The position numbers and the translations under genes are program-made. The notes beneath the pieces were generated by a model. The model was not told the DNA's origin. It saw only the letters and a list, made by a program, of their open reading frames with translations, and made no database searches. From the NCBI GenBank assembly GCA_964648615.1, contig CAZYNG010000001.1:1-48788 (forward strand): 48,788 nucleotides of DNA, given 5' to 3'. Source of the DNA: an uncultured Dehalococcoidales bacterium. Its GTDB lineage: Bacteria > Chloroflexota > Dehalococcoidia > GIF9 > AB-539-J10. Positions within the stretch are counted from its first letter, which is position 1. Each line of letters starts with the position of its first letter. This document shows, one piece after another, positions 20,304 through 29,015 of the stretch.

Positions 20304-20425
20304 GACGATATTTGTTGCTTGCTTCTGCGATGCAGCTTCAGTAGCTAATTGTGCTATTCCTTCAGCTTTCAGGAAGATGCCACCTCCCCATTCTGTCTAT
20401 AATTATAGCTTTTTCTTCAGAAATG

Positions 20426-20457
20426 GGAAAGGGGGTAGCGCCCACTACCCCCTTTCC
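20426..20457 (-). terminator. strong hairpin downstream of ftsZ (probable intrinsic terminator)
   Basis: Perfect 13-bp GC-rich stem (GGAAAGGGGGTAG / CTACCCCCTTTCC) with a 6-nt loop, starting 17 nt after the ftsZ stop. On the minus strand only a short T-tract (CATTT) follows, so it is not a textbook terminator. Confidence 0.5.
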
Positions 20458-20474
20458 TAAGTGAGGCGGGAGGT

Positions 20475-21605
20475 TTACTGGTAGGAAATCTTAGCTGGCT
20501 CTGGGATTCCTGCCCTGGCTGTTTTGGAAGTGACACCTATGTGAGATGTCGGGAATCGTTGATTACGCCGCAGGAAAGAAGGAACATCAAGGGTTTCGCT
20601 ACCGCTTGCTATCAAGCGACGAAGCTCTTCAGCGTTAGTTATCCCTTTACCATACTGGCTGGTAAACCCAGTGGCGATAATGGTGAGCTGTAGCTCACTA
20701 TCCATCTTCGGGTCATATACTACTCCGAAGATTATATTGGCGCCGGGGTCCACTGCATGGCTGATTACCTCAGCAGCTTCGTTGCACTCGAAGAGGGTTA
20801 GGCTAGACCCGCCAGTGATGTTGAACAGTACGCCTTTGGCTCCGGTTATGGACACGTCTAACAGCGGACTGGCTAAAGCAGCTTTAGCAGCTTCAGCAGC
20901 TCGGTTTTGTCCGCTACCTTTCCCCACGGACATCCAGGCTGGGCCGGCATCTTTCATCACTGATTTGACATCAGCAAAGTCTAAGTTAATTAGCCCTGGA
21001 ACAGTGACCACTTCGGAGATAGCCTTTACTCCTGATCGAAGAGCGTCATCTGCAAATGCAAAAGCGCTATCAACGTTTGTCTTGGCATCGCAGAGTTGAA
21101 GAAGCCGATCATTAGGGATGATGATGAGCGTATCAACCTTACCTGATAAGGCAACCAATCCTTCTTCAGCTACTTGAGACCGATGTGCTCCTTCAAAACC
21201 AAAGGGTTTGGTTACCACAGCGATGGTCAGAGCACCGGATTGTTTGGCTAGTTCAGCTATTACGGGTATGCCACCAGTTCCTGTCCCACCACCCATTCCA
21301 GCGGTAATAAATACCATATCGGTACTCTCAAAGAGCTCCTCAATAATTTGACGGCTTTCCTCTGCTGCTTTGGCTCCAACTTTATGGTCGCCACCGACAC
21401 CCAAACCTCGTGTCAGTCTCTCCCCTAACTGGATTTTGGTTGGTGTTTCAGCTAAAGCCAACGCCTGGCCATCTGTGTTCATAGCTATGAAGTCGACGCC
21501 TTTTATCCCTTGGCGAACCATTCGAGTAATGGCATTACAGCCGCCTCCTCCAATGCCTATAGCCTTTACTTTCGCTGGTGATGGAGTATAAATTTGTTTT
21601 GCCAT
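20475..21605 (-). CDS. ftsZ: cell division protein FtsZ
   Basis: 376-aa ORF with the tubulin signature GGGTGTGG, the T7 loop and the C-terminal peptide DVPSFLRR, followed by an unusually long tail. Confidence 0.96.
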   Translation of the reverse strand: MAKQIYTPSPAKVKAIGIGGGGCNAITRMVRQGIKGVDFIAMNTDGQALALAETPTKIQLGERLTRGLGVGGDHKVGAKAAEESRQIIEELFESTDMVFITAGMGGGTGTGGIPVIAELAKQSGALTIAVVTKPFGFEGAHRSQVAEEGLVALSGKVDTLIIIPNDRLLQLCDAKTNVDSAFAFADDALRSGVKAISEVVTVPGLINLDFADVKSVMKDAGPAWMSVGKGSGQNRAAEAAKAALASPLLDVSITGAKGVLFNITGGSSLTLFECNEAAEVISHAVDPGANIIFGVVYDPKMDSELQLTIIATGFTSQYGKGITNAEELRRLIASGSETLDVPSFLRRNQRFPTSHIGVTSKTARAGIPEPAKISYQ

Positions 21606-21629
21606 TCTAACCTCCTTTCTAATTCATTG

Positions 21630-22856
21630 TTAGCTGCGGAGTAGTCTTCTAACAAGACTCGCAAAGCCACCCAAGATTCCAGCCCTTTTCACTCGGAAGG
21701 CAGCTCCTTCTTTGCCATTGATCGGCCACAGGATTAGTCCGAGAGTGGTGGCGTAGGCCGAATCATGCAAAATATCAGAGATGCCGTAGATTCCCGAATT
21801 CAAAGGGCGTCCTTTGCGCACAGGCATTTGCAGCACTGAACGCCCTAGTTCCTCAAACCCGGCTAAGTTGGCAGTTCCACCGGTGAGCACTAGGCCAAAT
21901 GGGGCTAATGACCGATAATCGCTGGTAGGCATTTCCAGAAGGGTGAGTTGAAGTAGTTCTTCGGTACGGGAACGGATGATATCGCATAGGTCGCGGTAAG
22001 AGGCACTATGACCATTTTCGATACCTACCTGCTCTTCTTGGTCGACCTCCAAGTCCGGAGCGACATTACCATATCTCTTCTTCATTTTTTCGGCTATGCT
22101 GAAAGGCAAGCCTAATCCAATTGATATGTCACTGGTTACCTGGTAGCCAGCTACTGGAATAATAGAGGTGTGATAAATGTTGCCACCCTTAAATAGTGCA
22201 ATGTCTGTTGTGCCACCACCGATGTCGGCCATTATGACGCCGCCTTCTCTTTCCTCTTGGGTTAACACGGCTTCACTGCTGGCTAGTGGCTCTAGGATCA
22301 GATCTTCAACTTCGATACCGGTACTGCGAACACATTTAACCAAGTTTTGCACTGCGGTTGCTGAAGCGGTGATGATATGTGTTTCTACATCAAGCCTAGT
22401 GCCGTGCATGCCTACAGGTTGTGTTACTCCCTCTTGTCCATCTAGAGCATAATAGCGAGGGATAGCATGGAGTAGTTTCTTTCCTTCAGGGACAAAAATG
22501 CTGCGAGCTACTGACAGTGCTCGTTTAAGGTCTTCAGGGCGCACTAGTCGATCGGTGCGTGGAATGGATACCACTCCTTGATTATTCAGGCAGCTTACGT
22601 GTCTGCCAGTAACGCCGATATAAGCCGAATCTATGCGTATGCCGCTGATTCTTTGAGCTTCCCTCGCTGAGGAAAGAACAGATGCCTTAGCTTCGTCCAT
22701 GTTGACTACTATACCTTTGTGTAAACCGTGGGAAGGAACGACCCCCACTCCCAGGATTTCGATGTCATTTTCTGCTTTAACGTCGGCCATGATGGTGGCT
22801 ATTTTAGTCGTGCCTACATCAATAGCTGAGATAATCTTCCTTCTTGACATTTTCAC
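21630..22856 (-). CDS. ftsA: cell division protein FtsA
   Basis: 408-aa actin-fold ORF (IDVGTTKI, DIGGGTTDIA) with a C-terminal amphipathic membrane-targeting helix (GILGGFASLVRRLLRS). It lies directly upstream of ftsZ. Confidence 0.93.
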   Translation of the reverse strand: MKMSRRKIISAIDVGTTKIATIMADVKAENDIEILGVGVVPSHGLHKGIVVNMDEAKASVLSSAREAQRISGIRIDSAYIGVTGRHVSCLNNQGVVSIPRTDRLVRPEDLKRALSVARSIFVPEGKKLLHAIPRYYALDGQEGVTQPVGMHGTRLDVETHIITASATAVQNLVKCVRSTGIEVEDLILEPLASSEAVLTQEEREGGVIMADIGGGTTDIALFKGGNIYHTSIIPVAGYQVTSDISIGLGLPFSIAEKMKKRYGNVAPDLEVDQEEQVGIENGHSASYRDLCDIIRSRTEELLQLTLLEMPTSDYRSLAPFGLVLTGGTANLAGFEELGRSVLQMPVRKGRPLNSGIYGISDILHDSAYATTLGLILWPINGKEGAAFRVKRAGILGGFASLVRRLLRS

Positions 22857-22885
22857 CTCCTTTGTTTTTTGGGATTCTCTGTATA

Positions 22886-23788
22886 TCAGCTGAGTCGCTC
22901 GGCTATCCTTAATTTAGCACTGCGACTGCGCGGGTTGGATTTTGTCTCCAACGAAGTAGGTCTAGTGACCTTCCTTGATATGAGCTTTAAGGTAGGCATT
23001 TCAGTGCTAGATTCTCGACGCATGAATTGTTTAACTATGCGGTCTTCCAGAGAATGATAGCTAATGACTGCTAGCCTACCGCCGGGGCGAAGGAGGTTGA
23101 TGGTCTGCCCAAGGGCTGTCTCCAGGTTCTCTAATTCACCGTTGACAGCGATACGAAGTGCCATAAAAGTCCTGGTAGCAGGATGAATTCTGGCATGCTT
23201 GCTACCCAGGACTTGCTTGACTACCCGAGCAAGTTTCAAGGTAGTGTGAATGGGACGGTTCTGGACGATGCGTTGCGCTATTTTTCGACTGTGGCGCTCT
23301 TCACCATATTCTCGTAGGACCCGCGCTAATTCCTGTTCGCACAGGGTATTAACCAGGTCAGCGGCGGTTAACCCTTGATTGGTGTCAAAGCGCATGTCCA
23401 GAGGTGCCTCGAGGTGGAAACTAAAGCCACGTTGTGCTGTGTCTAGTTGCAAAGAACAAACACCAAGGTCGAACAGAATACCATCAATGGGATAGAAATC
23501 ATGTTGCTTGCAAATATCCTCAATATTGATGAAATTATCGTTAACCAGGGTAATTGCCTCACCGTAATGCGCCAGTTTGGCATTGGCTAGCTCAATGGCC
23601 TGCGGGTCAGTATCAATGCCTAAGATTTTTCCATCGGGTAAGATCCTCTCTAGGATAGCTGAGGCATGTCCTCCCAAACCCACAGTGCAATCAATGAAAC
23701 GTTCTCCTGGCTGAGGGTTGAGTCCCTCTATTATTTGGTTAACCAAGACAGGCACATGGGTAGGCAAAGGAACATCCAATGCTATCAC
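22886..23788 (-). CDS. rsmH: 16S rRNA (cytosine1402-N4)-methyltransferase RsmH (MraW)
   Basis: 300-aa ORF with HVPVL, DCTVGLGGHA, DLGVCSLQLD and SYHSLEDRIVK. Its start overlaps the mraZ stop by 4 nt. Confidence 0.95.
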   Translation of the reverse strand: MIALDVPLPTHVPVLVNQIIEGLNPQPGERFIDCTVGLGGHASAILERILPDGKILGIDTDPQAIELANAKLAHYGEAITLVNDNFINIEDICKQHDFYPIDGILFDLGVCSLQLDTAQRGFSFHLEAPLDMRFDTNQGLTAADLVNTLCEQELARVLREYGEERHSRKIAQRIVQNRPIHTTLKLARVVKQVLGSKHARIHPATRTFMALRIAVNGELENLETALGQTINLLRPGGRLAVISYHSLEDRIVKQFMRRESSTEMPTLKLISRKVTRPTSLETKSNPRSRSAKLRIAERLS

Positions 23789-24225
23789 TTACTCTCCTTC
23801 ATGTCCCAGAGTGTATCTAGTTGCTCCCACTCGCCTATTTGTTCTTCCCAAAGTTCCGGATTCCAAATTTCCACGTATTTCTGAGCGCCGATGACGACAG
23901 CGCTATCGGTGATTTCAGCGTAGTTGCGTAGCTCTGCCGGGAATGCTATTCTTCCCTGGCCATCGAAGATAAAATCGAAAGTACTAGCGCCGAAAAGGCG
24001 TCTTAGTTTTCTTTGCACATCCGGGGGTCTTGCTGCCTTTTCTAGTTCAGCTGCTTGTTTTATCCATTCTGGTAAAGGGTAGATGACGATGCATTTGTCT
24101 GCCCCCTTGGCTAGCTTGCCACCTTTTGAATCCTTTAATTGCTCCCTGAATTTTCGGGGCAGGGGCATCCTCCCCTTTTCGTCAACCTTATACCGATATG
24201 TGCCGTAGAAGAGACTCTCCTTCAT
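23785..24225 (-). CDS. mraZ: division/cell wall cluster transcriptional regulator MraZ
   Basis: 146-aa ORF with the duplicated SpoVT/AbrB-like MraZ fold pattern (F.G.Y.YKVDEKGR...P and a second GQGRI..P repeat). It lies directly upstream of rsmH. Confidence 0.93.
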   Translation of the reverse strand: MKESLFYGTYRYKVDEKGRMPLPRKFREQLKDSKGGKLAKGADKCIVIYPLPEWIKQAAELEKAARPPDVQRKLRRLFGASTFDFIFDGQGRIAFPAELRNYAEITDSAVVIGAQKYVEIWNPELWEEQIGEWEQLDTLWDMKESK

Positions 24226-24226
24226 A

Positions 24227-24472
24227 TTAATTTAGTACGTAATACCAAACAGTACCTACATTGCTTATTTGCTTTTCGAGAATTCCATCATTCACTAAGT
24301 CTCGTAGCTCTTTATCCATCGCAGATTTGTCTTCTTCATGGTGGTTCAGAATACATTCTAGGGTGAATTTCATTTTGGGATGCCTGGTGCAGAAAATTAG
24401 GATTCTCTGTTGTATAGAAGTGTCATTGAGTGGTTCCAGAACGGCAACTGATTTTGCTTTGCGCGTATCCAT
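24227..24472 (-). CDS. hypothetical small protein, possible winged-helix fold; first gene of the mraZ operon
   Basis: 81 codons starting at the ATG at 24472, with GGAGG 5 nt upstream. The TAA stop is 1 nt from the mraZ ATG. The helix / helix / recognition-helix-plus-wing pattern (IQQRILIFCTRHP..FTLECIL..ELRDLVNDGILEK...GTVWYYVLN) is my reading only. The 105-aa ORF in the track reads on through the operator and promoter and is too long. Confidence 0.5.
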   Translation of the reverse strand: MDTRKAKSVAVLEPLNDTSIQQRILIFCTRHPKMKFTLECILNHHEEDKSAMDKELRDLVNDGILEKQISNVGTVWYYVLN

Positions 24473-24495
24473 AATAACCTCCACCTGCTTTTTTC

Positions 24496-24520
24496 CCCAC
24501 AATCCACCACAATCTCCCAC
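24496..24520 (-). promoter_or_regulatory. MraZ-type operator: three direct GTGG(G/T) boxes at 10-nt phase
   Basis: The minus strand reads GTGGG-agatt-GTGGT-ggatt-GTGGG (24520..24496). The site sits between the -10 element and the RBS of the first operon gene. It matches the TGGGN-N5 triple-repeat architecture described for the E. coli MraZ operator. Confidence 0.6.
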
Positions 24521-24524
24521 AACT

Positions 24525-24555
24525 ATTATACTCTTCACCCCCATTCCTTTGTCAA
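24525..24555 (-). promoter_or_regulatory. candidate dcw (mra) operon promoter
   Basis: On the minus strand: TTGACA (24555..24550), a 19-nt spacer, then TATAAT (24530..24525). Both hexamers match consensus perfectly, though the spacer is long. The predicted TSS falls in the first MraZ box. Confidence 0.5.
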
Positions 24556-24682
24556 TACTTTTTGCCTGTTTTACCTAATTTTTTTGATTTTTGCGTCAAG
24601 ATGTTTAAACATTCTGAGAACAACGAAAACAAAAAAGTTCTGTAACTGCTTAATAAATGTGTGATAAGATAAAAGAGCGAAA

Positions 24683-25387
24683 ATGAGAATTGATATATTG
24701 TGCCTTTTTCCCGAGATGCTTGCATCGCCGTTTGATTGCAGTATTGTTAAACGGGCTAGAGAGCACGGATTAGTGGAGGTCGTTGTTCATAATATTCGGG
24801 ACTACAGTCATGATAAGCATCACACCGTGGATGACTATCCATATGGGGGTGGTCCGGGGATGGTGCTCAAGGCCGAGCCAATTTTCGAAGCAGCGGAATC
24901 AATAAAAGAGCAGGTTGATTACAGTGATTTGCCGATTATTCTACTCACTCCCCAAGGTAGGCTTTTCACACAGCAAGTCGCTAGGGAGTTGGCTCTACAT
25001 CAGAATATAATGCTAATTTGTGGTCATTATGAAGGTGTGGATGAGAGAGTGCGGGAGCATCTCGTTACCGATGAAATTAGCATTGGTGATTATGTGCTCA
25101 GTGCTGGGGAATTAGCTGCCATGGTTGTTGTTGATGCTGTGGTTAGATTGATACCAGGGGCACTTGGCTCACCACTATCATTTCACAATGACTCCCATAG
25201 CAACGGGCTTCTGGAATATCCTCAATATACAAGACCGAAAGTATATCGAGGTTGGGCAGTGCCGTCAGTTTTGCTTTCGGGAAACCATGGGGAGATTGCT
25301 CGCTGGCGACGGCAGCAGGCTATCCTGCGAACCTTGAAACGCCGTCCCGATCTCGCTAAACAAGGAAATTTATCTGCTGAGGAGTAA
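24683..25387 (+). CDS. trmD: tRNA (guanine37-N1)-methyltransferase TrmD
   Basis: 234-aa ORF with the SPOUT/TrmD pattern ([35 protein letters not shown]-like SAGELAAMV). Confidence 0.95.
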   Translation: MRIDILCLFPEMLASPFDCSIVKRAREHGLVEVVVHNIRDYSHDKHHTVDDYPYGGGPGMVLKAEPIFEAAESIKEQVDYSDLPIILLTPQGRLFTQQVARELALHQNIMLICGHYEGVDERVREHLVTDEISIGDYVLSAGELAAMVVVDAVVRLIPGALGSPLSFHNDSHSNGLLEYPQYTRPKVYRGWAVPSVLLSGNHGEIARWRRQQAILRTLKRRPDLAKQGNLSAEE

Positions 25388-25389
25388 AA

Positions 25390-25746
25390 ATGGATATCAG
25401 ATCGCTAGTTAAGCCGAAAATAAACCCAAATATTCCTCAACTTTCTCCCGGGGATACGGTGAAGGTTAGGTTGAAGGTGGTAGATGCCGATAAGGAGCGA
25501 GTTCAACAATTTCAGGGTGTAATAATAAGGCTGAGGAAAGGCATTGATGGCGGCAATTTTACGGTAAGACGAGTAAGTTACGGGGTTGGAGTAGAATGTA
25601 CTTTTCCCCTTCAATCTCCGCTTATACAGGATGTAGCAGTGCTTAAGCACGGTAAGGTGCGTCGTGCTAAGCTTTATTACATCCGAAAACTGAGTGCTAA
25701 ACAGGCTCGATTGGCGGAAAGGCAGGAGAAAGTCCAAGCACCTTAA
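25390..25746 (+). CDS. rplS: 50S ribosomal protein L19
   Basis: 118-aa ORF with P.L.PGDTV.V...V.......R.Q.F.GV.I......G....FTVRR.S.GVGVE..FPL.SP. It follows trmD as usual. Confidence 0.95.
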   Translation: MDIRSLVKPKINPNIPQLSPGDTVKVRLKVVDADKERVQQFQGVIIRLRKGIDGGNFTVRRVSYGVGVECTFPLQSPLIQDVAVLKHGKVRRAKLYYIRKLSAKQARLAERQEKVQAP

Positions 25747-28155
25747 ATGAAGTATGCCGATGTAGCGGTTAAGTGTCCAAGCTACTCCCCCTTTTGTTAT
25801 GCCATTCCTCCTCACTTGAATGTGCACACAGGTCAGGCAGTCTGGGTTCCTTTTGGTTCCAGAATCGTGCAAGGTATTGTTGTGCAGTTGAGAGAGGTTC
25901 CTTCTGTTAATGTGGTTAAGGAGATAGACGATGTTATTACTGGTTACCCCTTGCTTTCTGCCACACAAGTCGAACTTGCTCAATGGATAAGCAGGCAATA
26001 TCTTGCCTCTTTATTTGATGCCATGGCTCTGATGTTGCCACCTGGATTTGAGCGCAAACTCGCCAGTTACTTCCGTCTATCAGGCGATCAAAGTAGTTTA
26101 TCATTGCTTACGCCAGAACAAGCCCAGGTTCTTCACTTTATTGAGGAGAGGGGAAGGGTAAGCCTCACGGAACTGGAGAAAAAGTTGGGGGCAAGTAAAG
26201 CTGGGCGAATCACTGACAAGCTTGTTGATCTCGGGCTGGTAGTTAGGTTTTCTGAGTTAGAGAAGGCAAGGGTAAAACCAAAAGTAATTCCTTATATTAA
26301 GCTTGTTGCCAGTAAGGACGATATTGCTAGTGAAATAGCTCGGCTGAAAACAACCAGAGCCTATAAGCAAGCTGCGTTATTACAATTTCTGGCTAAGGAA
26401 TCCAAGCCACTTCCCATCAGCGAGGTAAGGAAGCGAGTTAGTTGCTCGCTTAAAACAGTCAGGGCTCTGGAAAGTGGGCACTTGATTTCTATAGAGTTGG
26501 TTACTGTCAGGCGTGACCCATTGGCGCATTTCGATATCAAGCCAATGCCTCCAGTGTCTCTTACCTCATCTCAGCAAGTTGCTTGGAGCAGGATAGAACA
26601 TAACGGGGGTAAATCCACCGTTTTTCTTCTTTTTGGGGTTACTGGGAGTGGAAAGACAGAGATTTACCTGCGGGCTCTAGCTAAGACTGTCGCTGAAGGC
26701 AAGCGTGGTATTTGCCTTATTCCTGAGATTGCCCTTGCTGCACAGACGGTGGAGCGTTTTGCCAGTCGTTTTCCAGGGCGGGTAGCGGTATCGCACAGTG
26801 CTCTTTCTTTAGGTGAGCAATTTGATGAATGGTGGTGGACAAGGAGAGGGGAATGCGATGTAGTTATCGGGCCTCGAAGCGCTTTATTCGCTCCTCAACC
26901 TGACCTTGGGCTGATCATTATTGATGAAGAGCATGAATGGACATATAAGCAGGAAGATAAATCTCCTCGCTATCATGCTCGAGATGTAGCTCTTAAATTA
27001 GCGGAGTTGAGCGGTGCTACTGTTATTTTAGGTAGTGCCACACCCGATGTTGATAGCTTTCACAAAGCACGGCTGGGAGAATATAAATTGGTGGAACTGA
27101 AGGAAAGAGTTACTTCTCATGGTTATTCACCACTCCCTGAAGTAAGCATAGTGGACTCAAAGGAAGAGCTCAAAGCTGGAAATACCAGCATGTTTAGTCG
27201 CCGTCTACTAAGTGCGATGAAAGAAGCTTTGGTTCAAAAGGAACAAATAATCCTTTTTCTTAACCGCCGTGGCACAGCCACTTTTGTCCAGTGCCGGCGT
27301 TGTGGTTTTGTTTTTCGCTGCCCCCGTTGCTCAATAGCGCTCACCTATCATTCAGTGGAGAAGAAGTTAGTTTGCCATAGATGTCATTATACTTTGCTAC
27401 TTCCCGTAGATTGTCCAAATTGTTTGAGTTCACGCCTCAGGTTCTTGGGCATCGGCACACAGAGGGTGGAAGATGAAGTGAAGCGATTCTTCCCACAGGC
27501 AGCAGTGCTTCGCTGGGATAGGGATGTAACCAGAAGGCGATATGCACATGAAGAATTATTGAGCACTTTTCGGAATCGTAAGGCTGATATACTCATTGGC
27601 ACTCAGATGATAGCCAAAGGGCTAGATTTCCCCTGGGTGACTCTTGCTGGGATAATTAACGCTGATACTGGGCTTAACTTTCCTGATTTCCGTGCTGGCG
27701 AACGGACCTTTCAGCTTCTTTGTCAGGTAGCTGGTCGGGCTGGCCGTGGGGTTAAAGTGGGGAAGGTTATCATTCAGACATATTCTCCGGAGAATTACGC
27801 TGTTCAAGCTGCAGCCAAACACGATTATGTCAGTTTCTATGATCAGGAGATAAACTACCGGCAGCAATATAGCTATCCTCCTTTTAGTCGGTTCATCCGC
27901 CTGGTTTATGCTCATACCAATGATAAATTGTGTCAGAAAGAGGCGGAGAAGGTGAGTGGTTTACTATTGGAGAAAAAACGAGAGGAGATGATTGAATGGA
28001 ACTTAATCGGTCCCATCCCCGCTTTTGCTTCCAGAGTTAGGGGGAGATATCGCTGGCAGATTATCATTCGTGGTTCCAATCCTTCTCAAGCTTTATCGGA
28101 CATAACCTTACCTCAAGGCTGGACTGTGGATGTTGACCCTGTGGGTATGGTCTAG
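25747..28155 (+). CDS. priA: primosomal replication restart helicase PriA
   Basis: 802-aa ORF with an N-terminal 3'-DNA-binding domain (A.V.V......F.Y.IP), Walker A GVTGSGKTE, DEEH, the Cys-rich zinc insertion (CRRCG..CPRCS..CHRCH..CPNC) and a C-terminal domain. Its ATG directly abuts the rplS stop. Confidence 0.94.
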   Translation: MKYADVAVKCPSYSPFCYAIPPHLNVHTGQAVWVPFGSRIVQGIVVQLREVPSVNVVKEIDDVITGYPLLSATQVELAQWISRQYLASLFDAMALMLPPGFERKLASYFRLSGDQSSLSLLTPEQAQVLHFIEERGRVSLTELEKKLGASKAGRITDKLVDLGLVVRFSELEKARVKPKVIPYIKLVASKDDIASEIARLKTTRAYKQAALLQFLAKESKPLPISEVRKRVSCSLKTVRALESGHLISIELVTVRRDPLAHFDIKPMPPVSLTSSQQVAWSRIEHNGGKSTVFLLFGVTGSGKTEIYLRALAKTVAEGKRGICLIPEIALAAQTVERFASRFPGRVAVSHSALSLGEQFDEWWWTRRGECDVVIGPRSALFAPQPDLGLIIIDEEHEWTYKQEDKSPRYHARDVALKLAELSGATVILGSATPDVDSFHKARLGEYKLVELKERVTSHGYSPLPEVSIVDSKEELKAGNTSMFSRRLLSAMKEALVQKEQIILFLNRRGTATFVQCRRCGFVFRCPRCSIALTYHSVEKKLVCHRCHYTLLLPVDCPNCLSSRLRFLGIGTQRVEDEVKRFFPQAAVLRWDRDVTRRRYAHEELLSTFRNRKADILIGTQMIAKGLDFPWVTLAGIINADTGLNFPDFRAGERTFQLLCQVAGRAGRGVKVGKVIIQTYSPENYAVQAAAKHDYVSFYDQEINYRQQYSYPPFSRFIRLVYAHTNDKLCQKEAEKVSGLLLEKKREEMIEWNLIGPIPAFASRVRGRYRWQIIIRGSNPSQALSDITLPQGWTVDVDPVGMV

Positions 28156-28191
28156 ATTTACGTTGTAGAAGAGTTGAGCTATAATTCAGGC

Positions 28192-28695
28192 ATGGCAGTT
28201 TTGGAGATTCGTACTTTGCCTGACCCGGTATTGCGGCAAAAAGCAAAAAGGGTAGCTAACATTGATGGCTCGATTCAGAAGCTAATCGACGACATGATTG
28301 ATACTATGCGGACTGTCCACGGTGTAGGGTTAGCTGCTCCGCAAATAGGTAAATCGTTACGCATAGCGGTTATCGAGATTCCCGAAGAGGAAGTCATCAC
28401 TTTGATTAATCCTGAGATAATAAAGAGGCAGGGCGAGCGGGTGGTTGAGGAGGGTTGCTTGAGCGTTCCTGGTTATTATGGAGAGGTTAAGCGCTCAAAA
28501 GTAGTCAAAGTGAAGGCACAGGATAGAAGCGGGAAGGAATTTCGTCTTAGGAGGGAGGGACTTCTAGCACACGCTTTGGAACACGAAACAGACCATCTTA
28601 ATGGCATTCTATATGTTGACCACATAGAAGGCCACGACAGACTATGGGAAGTAACTCCGCAAGGTAACCAAACCTTAGAACATCCAATAATCTAA
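28192..28695 (+). CDS. def: peptide deformylase
   Basis: Motifs GVGLAAPQIG, EGCLSVPG and HETDHLNG. The ORF track starts at a TTG at 28174; the ATG at 28192 (MAVLEIRTLPDPVLR) fits the family N-terminus better. Confidence 0.93.
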   Translation: MAVLEIRTLPDPVLRQKAKRVANIDGSIQKLIDDMIDTMRTVHGVGLAAPQIGKSLRIAVIEIPEEEVITLINPEIIKRQGERVVEEGCLSVPGYYGEVKRSKVVKVKAQDRSGKEFRLRREGLLAHALEHETDHLNGILYVDHIEGHDRLWEVTPQGNQTLEHPII

Positions 28696-29015
28696 TTCAG
28701 CTTTTTCCGTTAGTGCGCTGCCATACCTTGCAATTTCTGTTCGTCCATTTCCACTTGGCTAGTGATGTGGCTATGGTTAATCTTATGACGTGATTTCCTA
28801 TGCTGATATCGTCAAAACGGGGCTGAAGCTGAGGTAAAGGGCTAACACCAAGCTAACAACCTCGGGTTTCATTGTTTGATACTGTGCAATATACGCAGAA
28901 CTCGTTTATAATACCCTATTGATCTCGGTGGAATTAGTAACCCAGGATATGATGTCGTTGTTTTGAAGTTTCTCTGATGGTCCTTCCGTCTAGATTTTAG
29001 TTACAGGAGGTAAGA

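Noticed and set aside
24473-24544. N-terminal 24-codon extension of the 105-aa ORF upstream of mraZ
   Set aside because: The extension is a read-through of the TATAAT -10 and the three GTGG operator boxes, which translate as VVGDCGGLWG. The internal ATG at 24472 has a proper GGAGG RBS.
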